A stretch of 64,000 nucleotides of DNA. Origin: Eledone cirrhosa (lineage: Eukaryota). The number at the start of each line of letters is the position of its first letter. Within the stretch, counting starts at the first letter, position 1. Made by a program: the position numbers and the translations under genes. The stretch lies in contig OZ024758.1 of NCBI GenBank assembly GCA_964016885.1, positions 16,182,001 to 16,246,000 of the forward strand. The letters run 5' to 3'. The notes below the pieces were generated by a model. It saw only the letters and a list, made by a program, of their open reading frames with translations. It did no database searches and had not been told where the DNA came from. Positions 41,110-57,152 of this stretch are shown here, one piece after another.

Positions 41110-44100
41110 ATATATATAAAATCTTTGTATGCGTGTGTATGTATGTATATGAATGTGTATATATATATATATTTGCATACATGTATGTTGTATATGTATG
41201 CATACATATATGTATATATATATATGTATATATATATACATACTTGTATGTATGTATGTATGTATATGTATGCATGTATATATATATACATACATGCATG
41301 TATGTATGTATATGTATGCATGTATATATATATATACATGCATGTATGTATGTATATGTATATATATATGCATGTATGCATGTATGTATATATATATGCA
41401 TGCATGTATGTATGTATATATATATGCATGCATGTATGTATGTATATATATATGCATGCATGTATGTATGTATATATATATGCATGCATGTATGTATGTA
41501 TATATATATGCATGCATGTATGTATGTATATATATATGCATGCATGTATGTGTATATATATATGCATGCATGTATGTATGTATATATATATGCATGCATG
41601 TATGTATGTATATATATATGCATGTATGTATGTATATATATATGCATGTATGTATGTATATATATATGCATGTATGTATGTATATATATATGCATGTATG
41701 TATGTATATATATATGCATGTATGTATGTATATATATATGCATGTATGTATGTATATATATATGCATGTATGTATGTATATATATATGCATGCATATATG
41801 TATATATATATGCATGCATATATGTATATATATATGCATGCATATATGTATATATATATGCATGTATGTATATATATATATATGCATACATGTATGTATG
41901 TATATATGTGCATACATGTATGTATATATGTGCATACATGTGCATACATGTATGTGTATATATATATATGTGCATACATGTATGTGTATATATATATGTG
42001 CATACATGTATGTGTATATATATATGTGCATACATGTATGTGTATATATATATGTGCATACATGTATGTATATATATATGTGCATACATGTATGTATATA
42101 TATATATGTGCATACATGTATGTATATATATATATGTGCATACATGTATGTATATATATATATGTGCATACATGTATGTATATATATATATGTGCATACA
42201 TGTATGTATATATATATATGTGCATACATGTATGTATATATATATATGTGCATACATGTATGTATATATATATGTGCATACATGTATGTATATATATGTG
42301 CATGTATATATATATGTGCATATGTGCATACATGTATGTATGTATGTATATATGCATACATGTATGTATCTATATATGCATATATGTATGCATACACACG
42401 CACACCTATGTGTACCTACATACATACATACTCATAGATAGATCTAAAGAAAGCAATCACCGAGATATGTAACATAACATAGCTGTATATACAATATATA
42501 TACAACATAGCTGTATATACAATATATATACAACATAGCTGTATATACATTATACATATAAATGGAAAATAGTAGAAATGTGACGGTAATTCCTGTATCG
42601 ATATATGACATTGATGTGTATATATGACATGTGTATGTGTGAGAATATATGTATATAACATAAGTACTTGTGTGTTTGTGTGTACGTGTGTATGTACGTG
42701 TGTGTGTATATATGTACGTGTGTGTGTATATATGTACGTGTGTATGTATATATATGTATGTACGTGTGTATGTATATATATGTATGTACGTGTGTATGTA
42801 TATATATGTATGTACGTGTGTATGTATATATATATATGTACGTGTGTATGTATATATATATATGTACGTGTGTATGTATATATATATATGTACGTGTGTA
42901 TGTATATATATATATGTACGTGTGTATGTATATATATATATATGTACGTGTGTATGTATATATATATATGTACGTGTATGTATATATATATATGTACGTG
43001 TATGTATATATATATATGTACGTGTATGTATATATATGTATGTACGTGTATGTATATATATGTATGTACGTGTGTATGTATATATATGTACGTGTGTATG
43101 TATATGTATGTACGTGTGTATGTATATATATGTACGTGTGTATGTATATATATGTACGTGTGTATGTATATATATGTACGTGTGTATGTATATATATGTA
43201 CGTGTGTATGTATATATATGTACGTGTGTATGTATATATATGTACGTGTGTATGTATATATATGTACGTGTGTATGTATATATATGTACGTGTGTATGTA
43301 TATATATGTACGTGTGTATGTATATATATATGTACGTGTATGTATATATATGTACGTGTGTGTATATATATGTACGTGTGTGTATATATATGTACGTGTG
43401 TATGTATATATATATATATGTACGTGTGTATGTATATATGTATATATATATATGTACGTGTATGTATATATATATATGTACGTGTATGTATATATATATA
43501 TGTACGTGTATGTATATATATATATGTACGTGTATGTATATATATATATGTACGTGTATGTATATATATATATATATGTACGTGTATGTATATATATATA
43601 TATATGTACGTGTATGTATATATATATATATATATATGTACGTGTATGTATATATATATATATATATGTACGTGTATGTATGTATATATATATATGTACG
43701 TGTATGTATGTATATATATATATGTACGTGTATGTATGTATATATATATATATATGTACGTGTATGTATATATATATATGTACGTGTATGTATGTATATA
43801 TATATATATATGTACGTGTATGTATATATATATATGTACGTGTATGTATGTATATATATATATATATGTACGTGTATGTATGTATGTATATATATATATG
43901 TACGTGTATGTATGTATATATATATATATATGTACGTGTATGTATGTATATATATATATATATGTACGTGTATGTATATATATATATATATGTACGTGTA
44001 TGTGTATATATATATATGTACGTGTATGTATATATATATATATATATGTACGTGTATGTGTATATATATATATATATATATGTACGTGTATGTATATATA

Positions 44101-45650
44101 TATATATATGTACGTGTATGTATATGTATATATATATGTGTATGTATATGTATATATATATGTGTATGTATATGTATATATATATGTGTATGTATATGTA
44201 TATGTATATATATATGTATATGTATATATATATGTGTATGTATATGTATATATATATGTGTATGTATATGTATATATGTACGTGTGTATGTATATATATA
44301 TATGTACGTGTATGTATATATATATGTATGTGTATGTATATGTATATATGTACGTGTGTATGTATATATATATATGTACGTGTATGTATATATATATGTA
44401 CGTGTATGTATATATATATGTACGTGTATGTGTATATATATATATGTACGTGTATGTATATATATAGGTACGTGTGTATGTATATATATATATGTACGTG
44501 TGTATGTATATATATATATGTACGTGTGTATGTATATATATATGTACGTGTGTATGTATATATATATATGTACGTGTGTATGTATATATATATATGTACG
44601 TGTGTATGTATATATATATATGTACGTGTGTATGTATATATGTATATGTACGTGTGTATGTATATATATATATGTACGTGTGTATGTATATATATATATA
44701 TATGTACGTGTGTATGTATATATATATATATATGTACGTGTGTATGTATATATATATATATATATATGTACGTGTGTATGTATATATATATATATGTACG
44801 TGTGTATGTATATATATATATATGTACGTGTGTATGTATATATATATATATGTACGTGTGTATGTATATATATATATATATGTACGTGTGTATGTATATA
44901 TATATATATGTACGTGTGTATGTATATATATATATATATATGTACGTGTGTATGTATATATATATATATGTACGTGTGTATGTATATATATATATATGTA
45001 CGTGTGTATGTATATATATATATATGTACGTGTGTATGTATATATATATATATGTACGTGTGTATGTATATATATATATATGTACGTGTGTATGTATATA
45101 TATATATATGTACGTGTGTATGTATATATATATATATGTACGTGTGTATGTATATATATATATATGTACGTGTGTATGTATATATATATATATATGTACG
45201 TGTGTATGTATATATATATATATATGTACGTGTGTATGTATATATATATATATATGTACGTGTGTATGTATATATATATATATATGTACGTGTGTATGTA
45301 TATATATATATATATGTACGTGTGTATGTATATATATATATATATGTACGTGTGTATGTATATATATATATATATGTACGTGTGTATGTATATATATATA
45401 TATATGTACGTGTGTATGTATATATATATATATATGTACGTGTGTGTATATATATATATATATGTACGTGTGTATGTATATATATATATATATGTACGTG
45501 TGTATGTATATATATATATATGTATGTACGTGTGTATGTATATATATATATATGTATGTACGTGTGTATGTATATATATATATATGTATGTACGTGTGTA
45601 TGTATATATATATATATGTATGTACGTGTGTATGTATATATATATATGTA

Positions 45651-45703
<53 letters not shown>

Positions 45704-45830
45704 GTGTATGTGTATGTATGTATGTATGTACGTGTGTATGTATATATATGTATGTATGTATGTATGTACGTGTGTATGTATATATATATATATATCAATA
45801 TCGCTGTCTGCCTCTCTCTGCCTCTCTCTG

Positions 45831-45901
<71 letters not shown>

Positions 45902-45952
45902 CTCTCTCTGCCTCTCTCTCTGTCTCTCTCTGCCTCTCTCTCTGTCTCTCTG

Positions 45953-45984
<32 letters not shown>

Positions 45985-46002
45985 TCTGTCTCTCTCTCTC
46001 TG

Positions 46003-46037
<35 letters not shown>

Positions 46038-46295
46038 CTCTCTCTCCGTCTCTCTCTCTCTCCCCGTCTGTCTCTCTCTGTCTCTCTCTCCCACTCTGTC
46101 TCTATATCTATCTATATATATATTTACATAAATACAGTGGTACTTTCTGCTTGCATATGCGCATTTATACGTATGTCTCTCTCTCTGTATATATAGTGTA
46201 TATATGTCTATATATATATATACATTTGAATAATTATAGCTACAATTGTATATATGTAATTCATACATATGTAATGTATATATATACACACACAC

Positions 46296-46339
<44 letters not shown>

Positions 46340-46850
46340 GCGCACGCACCGCACACACACACACATAAACACACACACATAAACACACACATAAACACAC
46401 ACACACATAAACACACACACACACACATAAACACACACATAAACACACACACATAAACACACACACATAAACACACACATAAACACACACACACATAAAC
46501 ACACACACATAAACACAAACACACACACACTCACACATAAACACACACTCACACATAAACACACACTCACACATAAACACACACACACACATAAACAAAC
46601 ACACACACATAAACACACACACACACACACATAAACACACACACACACACACATAAACAAACACACACACACACACATAAACAAACACACACACACACAC
46701 ATAAACACACACACACACATAAACACACACACACACATAAACACACACACACACATAAACACACACACACACACACACACACACATAAACACACACACAC
46801 ATAAACACACACACACACGCACACATACGCACACATACACACATACACAC
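41110..46850. repeat. Long compound microsatellite field: (TATGCA)-, (TATGTACGTG)-, (CT)n and (CACACATAAA)-based
   Basis: Direct inspection; produces the spurious 400-1190 aa ORFs. Confidence 0.95.
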
Positions 46851-47332
46851 ACCTGTACGTATGCACACGTACATGCGTGTGTGTGATTGTTTATATAACT
46901 CTGTTAGTTTCCCCTCTAAAATGGAATTAATGCCTAAAATGAACTCACTTAGAGAAAGAAACAACAATTTGAATGTTTATGGATTTAATGTCACTTTCAT
47001 CATGATTAATCTCTGTCTTATCAGCAGCAATGCTTTATTATTATGTCTATTTACTATGTATTACTATGAATTACTGATGTTGTTTGTTAATGTTTTCCTC
47101 TGAAAATTGCCATTTTTACTTAACAGAAAATATAAAATTGTAAATTAGTATTCAACAGAAACAGTGTTCAGTGCAACATTCGTATGCACTTGAATATACA
47201 AACACACGCATACTCACACACGCATACTCACACACACATACTCACACACACATATGCGCGTGCACACACTCACACACACAGACATACACATACACACACA
47301 CACACATGTATATATGTATTTATACATTGATA

Positions 47333-47385
<53 letters not shown>

Positions 47386-47599
47386 GGTAGACTTGATAAT
47401 ATTTCTACTAAATAATTCCACTTGCAACGAAGGAAACATTTGCCGAACGTTCCACGCAGTGTGATCGAACCTGGTATTCACGAAACATTTGACGACAGTG
47501 ACATGTCTGGAGCCATACGTAATACACAGAATATATATAATATACGCAATGTATGTAATACATAATATAGAAGGGTAGGATACAAAGACCATAGGTTGA

Positions 47600-47792
47600 A
47601 TATAAAGGAGTAATGCTGTGAAATCTTGCATACATTAATTTCAACTTTCCTTATTAGTAATTGCATTATTTCTTTGCAGGGACTATGTTGAAAAATAAAC
47701 ATCATTTGGTCATTCCATGAGAGTATCTTGGTCAGTCTATGAACTTTTCAGCCTATGAGATTTTCATCCTATGAACTTTCCAGCTGACCCCC
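47600..47792 (-). mobile_element. Mariner-type MITE
   Basis: Reverse complement of the 37800 family. Confidence 0.65.
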
Positions 47793-47980
47793 GAACGTAA
47801 TACTTTAATATACGCAATGTAAGTAACATATGTAAGAAACATATATATAATGTATGTAGTATATGCAATGTACATTATGTACATTCTACGTATGTATGTA
47901 TATATATATATATATGTATAAATAAACACAGTAAATCTCGTGTCTAAAATTACGAGGGTATAAGATACCACTAACGTTTC

Positions 47981-48069
47981 ATCTCTCGGACAGATTTTAG
48001 ACTCAATCTGTTTCGCCCTGAAAAAATTGTTTGTAACAGATAATCTGTAGGCTATCATCAGCGAGAGAT
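47981..48069 (-). ncRNA. Type I hammerhead ribozyme with full stem III and GUC site
   Basis: Minus strand reads atctctcg-CTGATGA-ta-gcct...gggc-GAAA-cagatt gagtctaa aatctg-TC-cgagagat (8-bp stem I). Confidence 0.75.
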
Positions 48070-48268
48070 AGATCAAATGAAACAAAACACCTCTAACAGC
48101 AATTTGAGGACCAAAGATATGTCCCTCGTGGTCTGCACGCTATAAACTGAGTGGGATAAGGCTATTATTTTTAGCATAACTACTCATACCACGTATAGCG
48201 TGCAGACCACGAGGGACATATCTTTGGTCCTCAAATTGCTGTTAGAGGTGTTTTGTTTCATTTGATCT

Positions 48269-48360
48269 ATTTCTCGCTGATGATAGCCTACAGATTATCT
48301 GTTACAAACACAATTTTTTTCAGGGCGAAACAGATTGAGTCTAAAATCTGTCCGAAAGAT
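48269..48360 (+). ncRNA. Hammerhead ribozyme, second arm copy
   Basis: atttctcg-CTGATGA-tagcct...gggc-GAAA-cagatt..aatctg-TC-cgaaagat. Confidence 0.65.
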
Positions 48361-48554
48361 GAAATGTTTTTGATACGGTCAGTATAAAATTAATATATCA
48401 TACTGTATGGTTAAGATTAAACTTTTAAAACATAAGTAATTTTAGACACGAGATTTACTGTGTTAATTTATACGTATATATTACTATATAATTGTTTATA
48501 TTGGCACGAGGCCAGCAATTACTCAGTACATTACTGGTACTTTATTTTATCGAA

Positions 48555-49624
48555 TGAGTAGTAACAAAACTGATACAAAATTAAAGGGGTTTTAACACAT
48601 CTGCTATAAGTAGTTAGTAAAACGTATTCGGCCTATTCTATCTTAAAATTACAGGGGTGGGGAAACTGATGCTACAGAGGCCCGATGGGCTGCATCGGGG
48701 TAGGCGAAAGGGGAAAAGCAGACGAGGAAGAAAATAGGGGATGGAAGGAAGTGATAGGATGAGACAGGGGGAAGAAGACAAAGAGGAAAAGAGATGCATC
48801 TACCGGTAGATGTATCTCTTTTCTTTTCCTCTTTGTCTTCTTCTTCCCCCTGTCTCATCCTATCACTTCCTTCCACCCCCTATTTTCTACCTCGTCTGCT
48901 TTTCCCCTTTCGCCTACACCGATGCAGCCCATCGGGCCTCTGTAGCATCAGTTTCCCCACCACTGTAATTTTAAGATAGAATAGGCCGAATACGTTTTAC
49001 TAACTACTTATAGCAGATGTGTTAAAACCCCTTTAATTTTGTATCAGTTTTGTTACTACTCAGTCTACAAGTTTTTTCTATTCTCAACTTATTAACCTGT
49101 AATTGTAAGGTAGCATTGTGATTTTTTTTATTCATTTCTCACTATCTAATTTTATATATTTTTTTATTTCTATTATCTTTTTATTTCTATTATCTTTTAT
49201 TGTCTCCTACTCTCATTCGATTTACCTATTCTATAACCTCCCTCCACCACTTCATACACTATCCTTAGAATCTGCTGTATACATATCACCTTCAACGCTT
49301 GACCGCTCTACTCACTCCCCTATTGTTCTACAGGCAAGTACAGCCACCCCTACCTCCCGCCAAATGCCATGATAAACTTATTTGTGTTTACAACAAATTT
49401 TAACCAATCCTCTTGACAACTACAATCTACTCATATAAGGAAGTACCCCCTTGACAAGTTCGGCTATTTATTCACCAGGCTAAACATTCTAATTTAGTCC
49501 AGAAATAGCCGTCGAACCGGCTTGAGCTCTGCCGTCGGGGTCATACTTTTTCTTACTACCCTAAGTATTGAGTACTCTGGTGCGTTATGGTCCATCTGGT
49601 TCCTTACCACAATTTCTTTGTTTT
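48555..49624 (+). mobile_element. Longer PLE family A 3' fragment with a spacerless ~250-bp 5' inversion
   Basis: Palindrome 48555-49062 centred on tctaccggtaga, then unique sequence, a degenerate HHR at ~49441-49548, and the family A tail into (TA)n. Confidence 0.7.
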
Positions 49625-50567
49625 ATATATATATATATGTGTATATATATTTTTGTGTATATATATACACATATGTGTATATATATTTTTGTGTGTGTAT
49701 GTATATATATGCATATATGTATATATGCATATATATATATGCATATATATATGTATATATGCATATATATATGCATATATATATGTATATATGCATATAT
49801 ATATGCATATATATATGTATATATGCATATATATATGTATATATGCATATATATATGTATATATGCATATATATATGTATATATGCATATATATATGTAT
49901 ATATGCATATATATATGTATATATGCATATATATATGTATATATGCATATATATATGTATATATGCATATATATATGTATATATGCATATATATATGCAT
50001 ATATATATGCATATATATATATGTATATATGCATATATATATATGCATATATATATGTATATATGCATATGTATATATGCATATGTATATATGCATATGT
50101 ATATATGCATATGTATATATGTATATATGCATATGTATATATGCATATGTATATATGTATATATGCATATGTATATATGCATATGTATATATGTATATAT
50201 GCATATGTATATATGCATATATATATGTATATATGCATATGTATATATGTATATGCATATATATATATGTATATGCATATATATATATGCATATATATAT
50301 GTATATAAACATGTATGTATATATATATATATATATATATGCATATATATATGTATATATATATGTATATATGCATATGTATATATGCATATATATATGT
50401 ATATATGCATATATGTATATGCATATATATATATGCATATATATATGTATATAAACATGTATGTATATGTATATACACATATTAATATATATATGTATAT
50501 GCATATATATATATGCATATATATATGTATATAAACATGTATGTATATGTATATACACATATTAATA

Positions 50568-50599
<32 letters not shown>

Positions 50600-50644
50600 C
50601 ATATTTGTGTGTACATATATATATATATACACACATATTTGTGC

Positions 50645-50687
<43 letters not shown>

Positions 50688-50753
50688 TATTTGTGCGTAT
50701 ATATATATATAGACACATATTTGTGTCTATATATACACACATATTTGTGTGTG

Positions 50754-50786
<33 letters not shown>

Positions 50787-50900
50787 GTTTATATATATAT
50801 ATATTTGTAAGTATATGTATGTATGTATATATATATACATATATATATACACAGACACACACATATTTGAGTATATATATATATATACACACATATTTGA

Positions 50901-50939
<39 letters not shown>

Positions 50940-50950
50940 CACATATTTGA

Positions 50951-50997
<47 letters not shown>

Positions 50998-51603
50998 TAG
51001 ACAAATGTATGTTTGTATCCGTATCTCTGTTTACTTGTGTGACTGTGTTCAGGTCCCGTAGGAGATATAATAAGTAGCAGACCTGAAAGAATATGTAATT
51101 GGTTCGATATGACTGGAACTAGTCAAAGATGAAAGAACTCTCTCTCTCTCTCTCTCTCTCTACACGAGTGTGTATATATATATGTCCATATATATATGCG
51201 TGTGAATACATATACCTGTATATATATATATATATATATACGTGTGTATATATATATGTGTATATATATGTGTATATATATATGTGTATATATATGTATA
51301 TATATATATGTGTGTATATATATGTCTATGTGTGTATATATATACACACACACACACACACACATTTTCACAAGCTCATATATATATATACACATATTTC
51401 TCACGCTTATATATATATATATACATATATTTCACACGCTTATATATATATATATATATACACCTACTTTCACACGCTTATATATATATATATATACATA
51501 TATTTTCACACGATCCTATATATACTGTATATATATACTCACACACATATTTTGACACGCTTATATATATATATATATATATATTCTCACACATTTTCAC
51601 ACG

Positions 51604-51640
<37 letters not shown>
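49625..51640. repeat. Compound (TA)n/(TATGCA)n microsatellite field
   Basis: Direct inspection. Confidence 0.95.
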
Positions 51641-51644
<4 letters not shown>

Positions 51645-52251
51645 CTGTATTTGTGTCTCTGTATTGGTGTGCATGCCTGTCTACATTGTACTATTGTTTA
51701 AAACATTTAATAGTCGAAGAGAGTGTAACGATTTCATCTATAATTAATAGCTTTTAGTGATATTATATGTCTTCTTTCGATAATTCGGAATAATATTGCT
51801 TTATTTTACCGTTTTTATTTACATTGTTTATAGTGTTGTTTAGAACAAAAGCAGTCTTATACAAAAGAGTGTTTAACATCGTACACTGTTTAATTATTTT
51901 TATTTTATTTTATCTATTATTAAGTCCAGCGAATGATTCTATAGTCCTTAGATTTGAATGAGTTCTTCTTATCCCCCTTTACAATGAAAAACAAATATAA
52001 TGGAAGCGAAAGCTTGTAGCTGTAAAAATCTGATAATTCATTTAATATTGTCCCTTTGTTAGTAAAAGAAAATAATAATAATGACATTCGTATTTGAAAT
52101 TAAGATTCATTGACAGACAAAATAGGTACAAGTGGTCGTCTTAGCAAAAAAAAAAAAAAAAAAAGTGTGTGATATGATTTATGAGAAATTTGCTTGTTAT
52201 ATAATTTTTGAAATTATATACTTCAGTTATAACAGTATTTGTTATAGTTGA

Positions 52252-52665
52252 GTGGTTGAATTGACAGGAGTTGTTAGAACGTTGTATAGAATGCTTTGTA
52301 GTATTAGTCTCGGCTCTCTGCACTCTGAGTTCAAATACTATCGAAGTCATCTTTGTCTTTCATCCATTCAAGGTCGATAAAAAAAGTACCAGTCTAGTAC
52401 TGGAGCCGATTCTTCTTTTATATCTCTTTCTCCCTTCCATTTTCCCCACTCTCCATATCCGTCTATTGAAGGAATCTGCTGTATTCAGACCTGGAGAGGA
52501 TTGGGCTCCGCCATGTGTAAAAATAGTCTAGAAACGCTTCCGCCATGTGTAAAAATAGTCTAGAAACGCATCCGCCATGTGTAAAAATAGTCTAGAAACG
52601 CTTCCGCCATGTGTAAAAATGCTCTAGAAACGCTATATGTCAACATGGCGCCCATACGACTTCCT
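52252..52665 (+). mobile_element. SINE family B with an internal 31-bp tandem x4
   Basis: B box gagttcaaatac; ccgccatgtgtaaaaatagtctagaaacgct repeated at 52508-52632. Confidence 0.7.
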
Positions 52666-52840
52666 CAACATGCATGCATGTTGTCGTTGCTGCTTGGTCA
52701 GCCATGATTCAGTAAATTAGGATTCCAGCGATTGAATCAATTTTCTAGGCGTATCTAAGTTTACAGTATCTAATGTCTCCTTTCCTTTCTTAGGAAGCCG
52801 ATCGACTGAGTATATATCGCTTACATTGCTTGTAATATTG

Positions 52841-53740
52841 TGGATTGGCAGTATCGGTAGAGCGTCGGATGCCATGCTTTGAAGCATAGTTATGGCCCTT
52901 TATGATCTGAGTTCAAATTCCGCCGAGGTGAACTTTGCCTTTCATCCTTACGGGGTCGATAAAATAAAGTACCAGTCACGCACTGGGGTCGATTTAATCG
53001 ATTTAATCGATCCCCCCCCCCCCACATTGTTGGCCTTGTGCCTAAATGAGAAACCATTATTTAGGCACAAGGCTAACAATCTTGGAGGGAGGGGAAAGTC
53101 GATTGAATCGACCCCAGTGGATGAGTGATGTCTTTTTGTGAAAATGGGTATAGTTTTCCTTATGTAAAATTTCTCCATTTTGCCTCATTTCTCCCCGTTT
53201 TGGGGCACTTTTTTTCATGGTACTCCTCGATGGTGTTTTTGGAGGTTGGCAGGTTTGATGCTGGTACTTTATTTTATCCACCTCGTAAGGATGAAAGGCA
53301 AAAAGTTAATCTCAGCGGGATTTGAACTCAGAACATAAAGGGCCATACATCGATACTGCGAAGTATATTATCCGAGTCTCTACCGATACTGCCAATCTGC
53401 CACCAACGGCGGGATTTGAACGTAAAGGGCCGTAACTCTATGCTGCTAAGCATGTTATCCTATGCTCTACCGATACTGCTAATCCACAACCCTCGACGGG
53501 TTTAGAACATAAAGGGCCATAACTCTATGCTGCGAAACATACTGTCCGACGTTCGACCGATACTGCCAATCCACAACCCTTGACGTGATTAGAACGCAAA
53601 GGACCGTAACTCTATGCTAACGAAGCATGCTGCCCTACGCTCTACCGATACTGGTAATCCATCACCCACGACGGGATCAGAAGACAAAGGGCTGCAACTC
53701 TATACTTCGAAACATACTATCCAACGTTTTACCGATACAA
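52841..53740. mobile_element. SINE family A tail-to-tail pair followed by ~5 tandem diverged SINE heads (-)
   Basis: + copy 52841-53058; - copy from 53059; ~90-bp units gaac.taaagggcc.taactctatgctg...taccgatactgccaatcc. Confidence 0.75.
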
Positions 53741-53989
53741 CCATGATACAAAGCCGTTTATTTAACTCAATTTCATTATAGAATAAGCTATTATCTTTAA
53801 AATATCTGATATCATGTAACATTTATAGAGAATAACATGTAATAGCTGGAAGAATATAGTGAAATCTTGAAGAAACAAACGAAAATAAAAGATATTTAAA
53901 ATAATGCATCACGTATTTAGTTAATTGGTAATTATACCGTAAGGCTTAATGTAATGTTGAACAGTTAGTGAAGCATAAGATTTTCATAT

Positions 53990-54039
53990 CAAATACGTAA
54001 CTGATATATAGACATAATGTATATACGCAGACATATACT

Positions 54040-54132
<93 letters not shown>

Positions 54133-55379
54133 AACCTACTCTCTTAGACTTATATACACTGACATGCACTGATATATAGACATAATGTATATATGCAGAC
54201 ATATACTCATATACACACACACACGTAACTTACTCTCTTAGACTTATATACACTGACATGAAGATATATACATTATATATATATATATATATACAGACCT
54301 ACACATATAGACTGACATACACTGACAGACAGACATATATATATACACCTAAACATATAGACTGACATACACTGACACACAGACATATATATATATATGC
54401 ACCTACACATATACACTGACATACACTGACACATAAACATATATATATATACACCTACACATATAGACTGACATACACTGACACACAGACATATATATAT
54501 ATACACCTACACATATAGACTGACATACACTGACACACAGACATATATATATATATATACACCTACACATATACACTGACACACATATATATATATATAT
54601 ACACCTACACATATAGACTGACATACACTGACACACACAGATATACATAATATATATATACTCATATATATAGTCATATATACACATACATATACTCATA
54701 TATACACACACATACGTCTACATACATATATACAGACAGATATACATATATATACGCTTATACATATATACACATATACTCATATATACACACATATATA
54801 CATAATATATATACACATAGATATACATATATATACGCTTATACATATATACACATATACTCATATATACACACAGATATACATAATATATATACACATG
54901 CATATACATATGCTCATATATACACATGCATATACATATGCTCATATATACACATACGCCCACATATATATACACACATTCAGCCACACACACATATACA
55001 CACATTCACACATACATTCACACATACATTCACACATACATTCACACATACATTCACACATACACATTCACACATACATTCACACATACATATACTCATA
55101 TATATACACACATTCACACATTCACACACCTACTCATATATATACATACATACACGGATACATACATACATACACACAGCTACCCATATATACACGCATA
55201 CACATACACACACATACATATTAACACACACACATACATACTCATACACATTCACTCATACACAGCCATACATACGCACATATGCAATCACACATACACA
55301 CACACTCATACACACATACATATATATATATATATATACACGCACGTATACACACACACATACAAACACATACTCTCAT

Positions 55380-55419
<40 letters not shown>

Positions 55420-56210
55420 TCACGCATACACACACATGCAAACACATACTCACATACTCACATACACACACATGTAAACACGTACTCACATACACACACA
55501 TGTAAACACATACTCACATACACAATGTAAACACATACTCACATACACACACATGCAAACACATACTCTCATGCATACACACATGCATACACATACTCAC
55601 GTACACAACCCATATATACTCATGCATACATACTCATACACACACACATGCAAACATACTCACATACACAACACATACTCATGCATACACACACATACTC
55701 ACATACACATACACAACGCATATATACTCATGCATACACACACATGACATCACACATACTCATATATACATACACACATACAAACACATACTCACATACA
55801 CAACACGTATACTCATGCATACACACACATGCAAACACGTACTCACATACACACACATACAAACATACATATACACAACACGTATATACTCATGCATACA
55901 CACACACATGCCATCACACATACTCATATATACATACACACACACATGCCATCACACATACTCATATATACATACACACAAACAAAGACATACACAACAC
56001 GTATATACTCATGCATACACACACACATGCCATCACACATACTCATATATACATACACACATACAGACATACACATACACAACACGTATATACTCAAGCA
56101 TACACACACACACATGCCATCACACATACTCATATATACATACACACACACATGCCATCACACATACTCATATATACATACACACAAACAAAGACATACA
56201 CACTGACATG
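53990..56210. repeat. (CA)n/(CATA)n compound microsatellite and derived minisatellites
   Basis: Direct inspection. Confidence 0.9.
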
Positions 56211-56691
56211 ACTAACTCCATCACCATGGAGATAGAGCAGCCTGACACATCTTTCAACCATTTACTGTCTTGTCGCTGTCTTCGGGCAACTATTAATTAG
56301 TATCGTGTAATGTATATATATATATAAGTATGTATACGTACATGCATATATGTATACAGACGTACAGTAGTATGTATATATATATACATACATGCACACG
56401 TATATATATGTATGTATGGGTTTACCGAACATTTATTATAATGTTCGGTTTGTTTGTAAACAAACAGCCCGAATTAAGCCGTACAGTGTTCGGCAACCAT
56501 CGTTGCCATTTTGTTCAATACTGACAAAGGAACGATGAACTAGTTCCTAGCTTATTAGCTGTCATCAGCACCGTATACCTTCCTGTCAGTCGATTGAACG
56601 TTTGAAAGTATATACTTTCCTTATGCATATTAACGGCTGAGCAGCCTAATTTGCATATCGAGTGAGTTAGTCGGCCGGGCGTACCGAAAAC

Positions 56692-56733
<42 letters not shown>

Positions 56734-56737
56734 ATAT

Positions 56738-56785
<48 letters not shown>

Positions 56786-56789
56786 ATAT

Positions 56790-56828
<39 letters not shown>

Positions 56829-56869
56829 ATATTAAATAAATGGAAACTATATTTATAAAACCATATTTA

Positions 56870-56926
56870 TTCTATTATATATATTTCAAGGGTAGCAAAA
56901 CTTTGGTACGCTTTCATCAGATAAAA
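56870..56926 (-). ncRNA. Minimal hammerhead ribozyme, paralog of 40170
   Basis: Minus strand reads ttttat-CTGATGA-aagcgtaccaaagttttgctaccctt-GAAA-tatata-TA-atagaa; the flanks also match 40138-40270. Confidence 0.7.
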
Positions 56927-57026
56927 TACAAAGTTTGTTTTAGAAATGTTGAAACTGTTGAGTGCTCTAAATCAGTTATAAACATTTATATTTGTTGAAT
57001 TACCAACAAATTGAATATCCATTTTG

Positions 57027-57075
<49 letters not shown>

Positions 57076-57109
57076 CGCCTCTCTCTCTGTACACACACAC
57101 ACGCACACG

Positions 57110-57152
<43 letters not shown>

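Larger units (their letters stand above)
47924..48465. mobile_element. PLE-like fold-back element with an HHR in each arm
   Basis: Arms ~47924-48143 / ~48196-48465 are nearly identical over ~170 bp. Confidence 0.8.

Noticed and set aside
40632-46967. Very long ORFs (400-1190 aa) on both strands
   Set aside because: They are translations of TA/TG/CA microsatellites that lack stop codons and have no domain content.
48666-48710. ctgatgc...gcgaaa resembling a hammerhead in the palindrome arm
   Set aside because: The core is CUGAUGC rather than CUGANGA, and stems I and III cannot be formed.
56481-56696. Possible small TIR element with an octamer motif
   Set aside because: TIR match is too weak and it is single-copy in the window.
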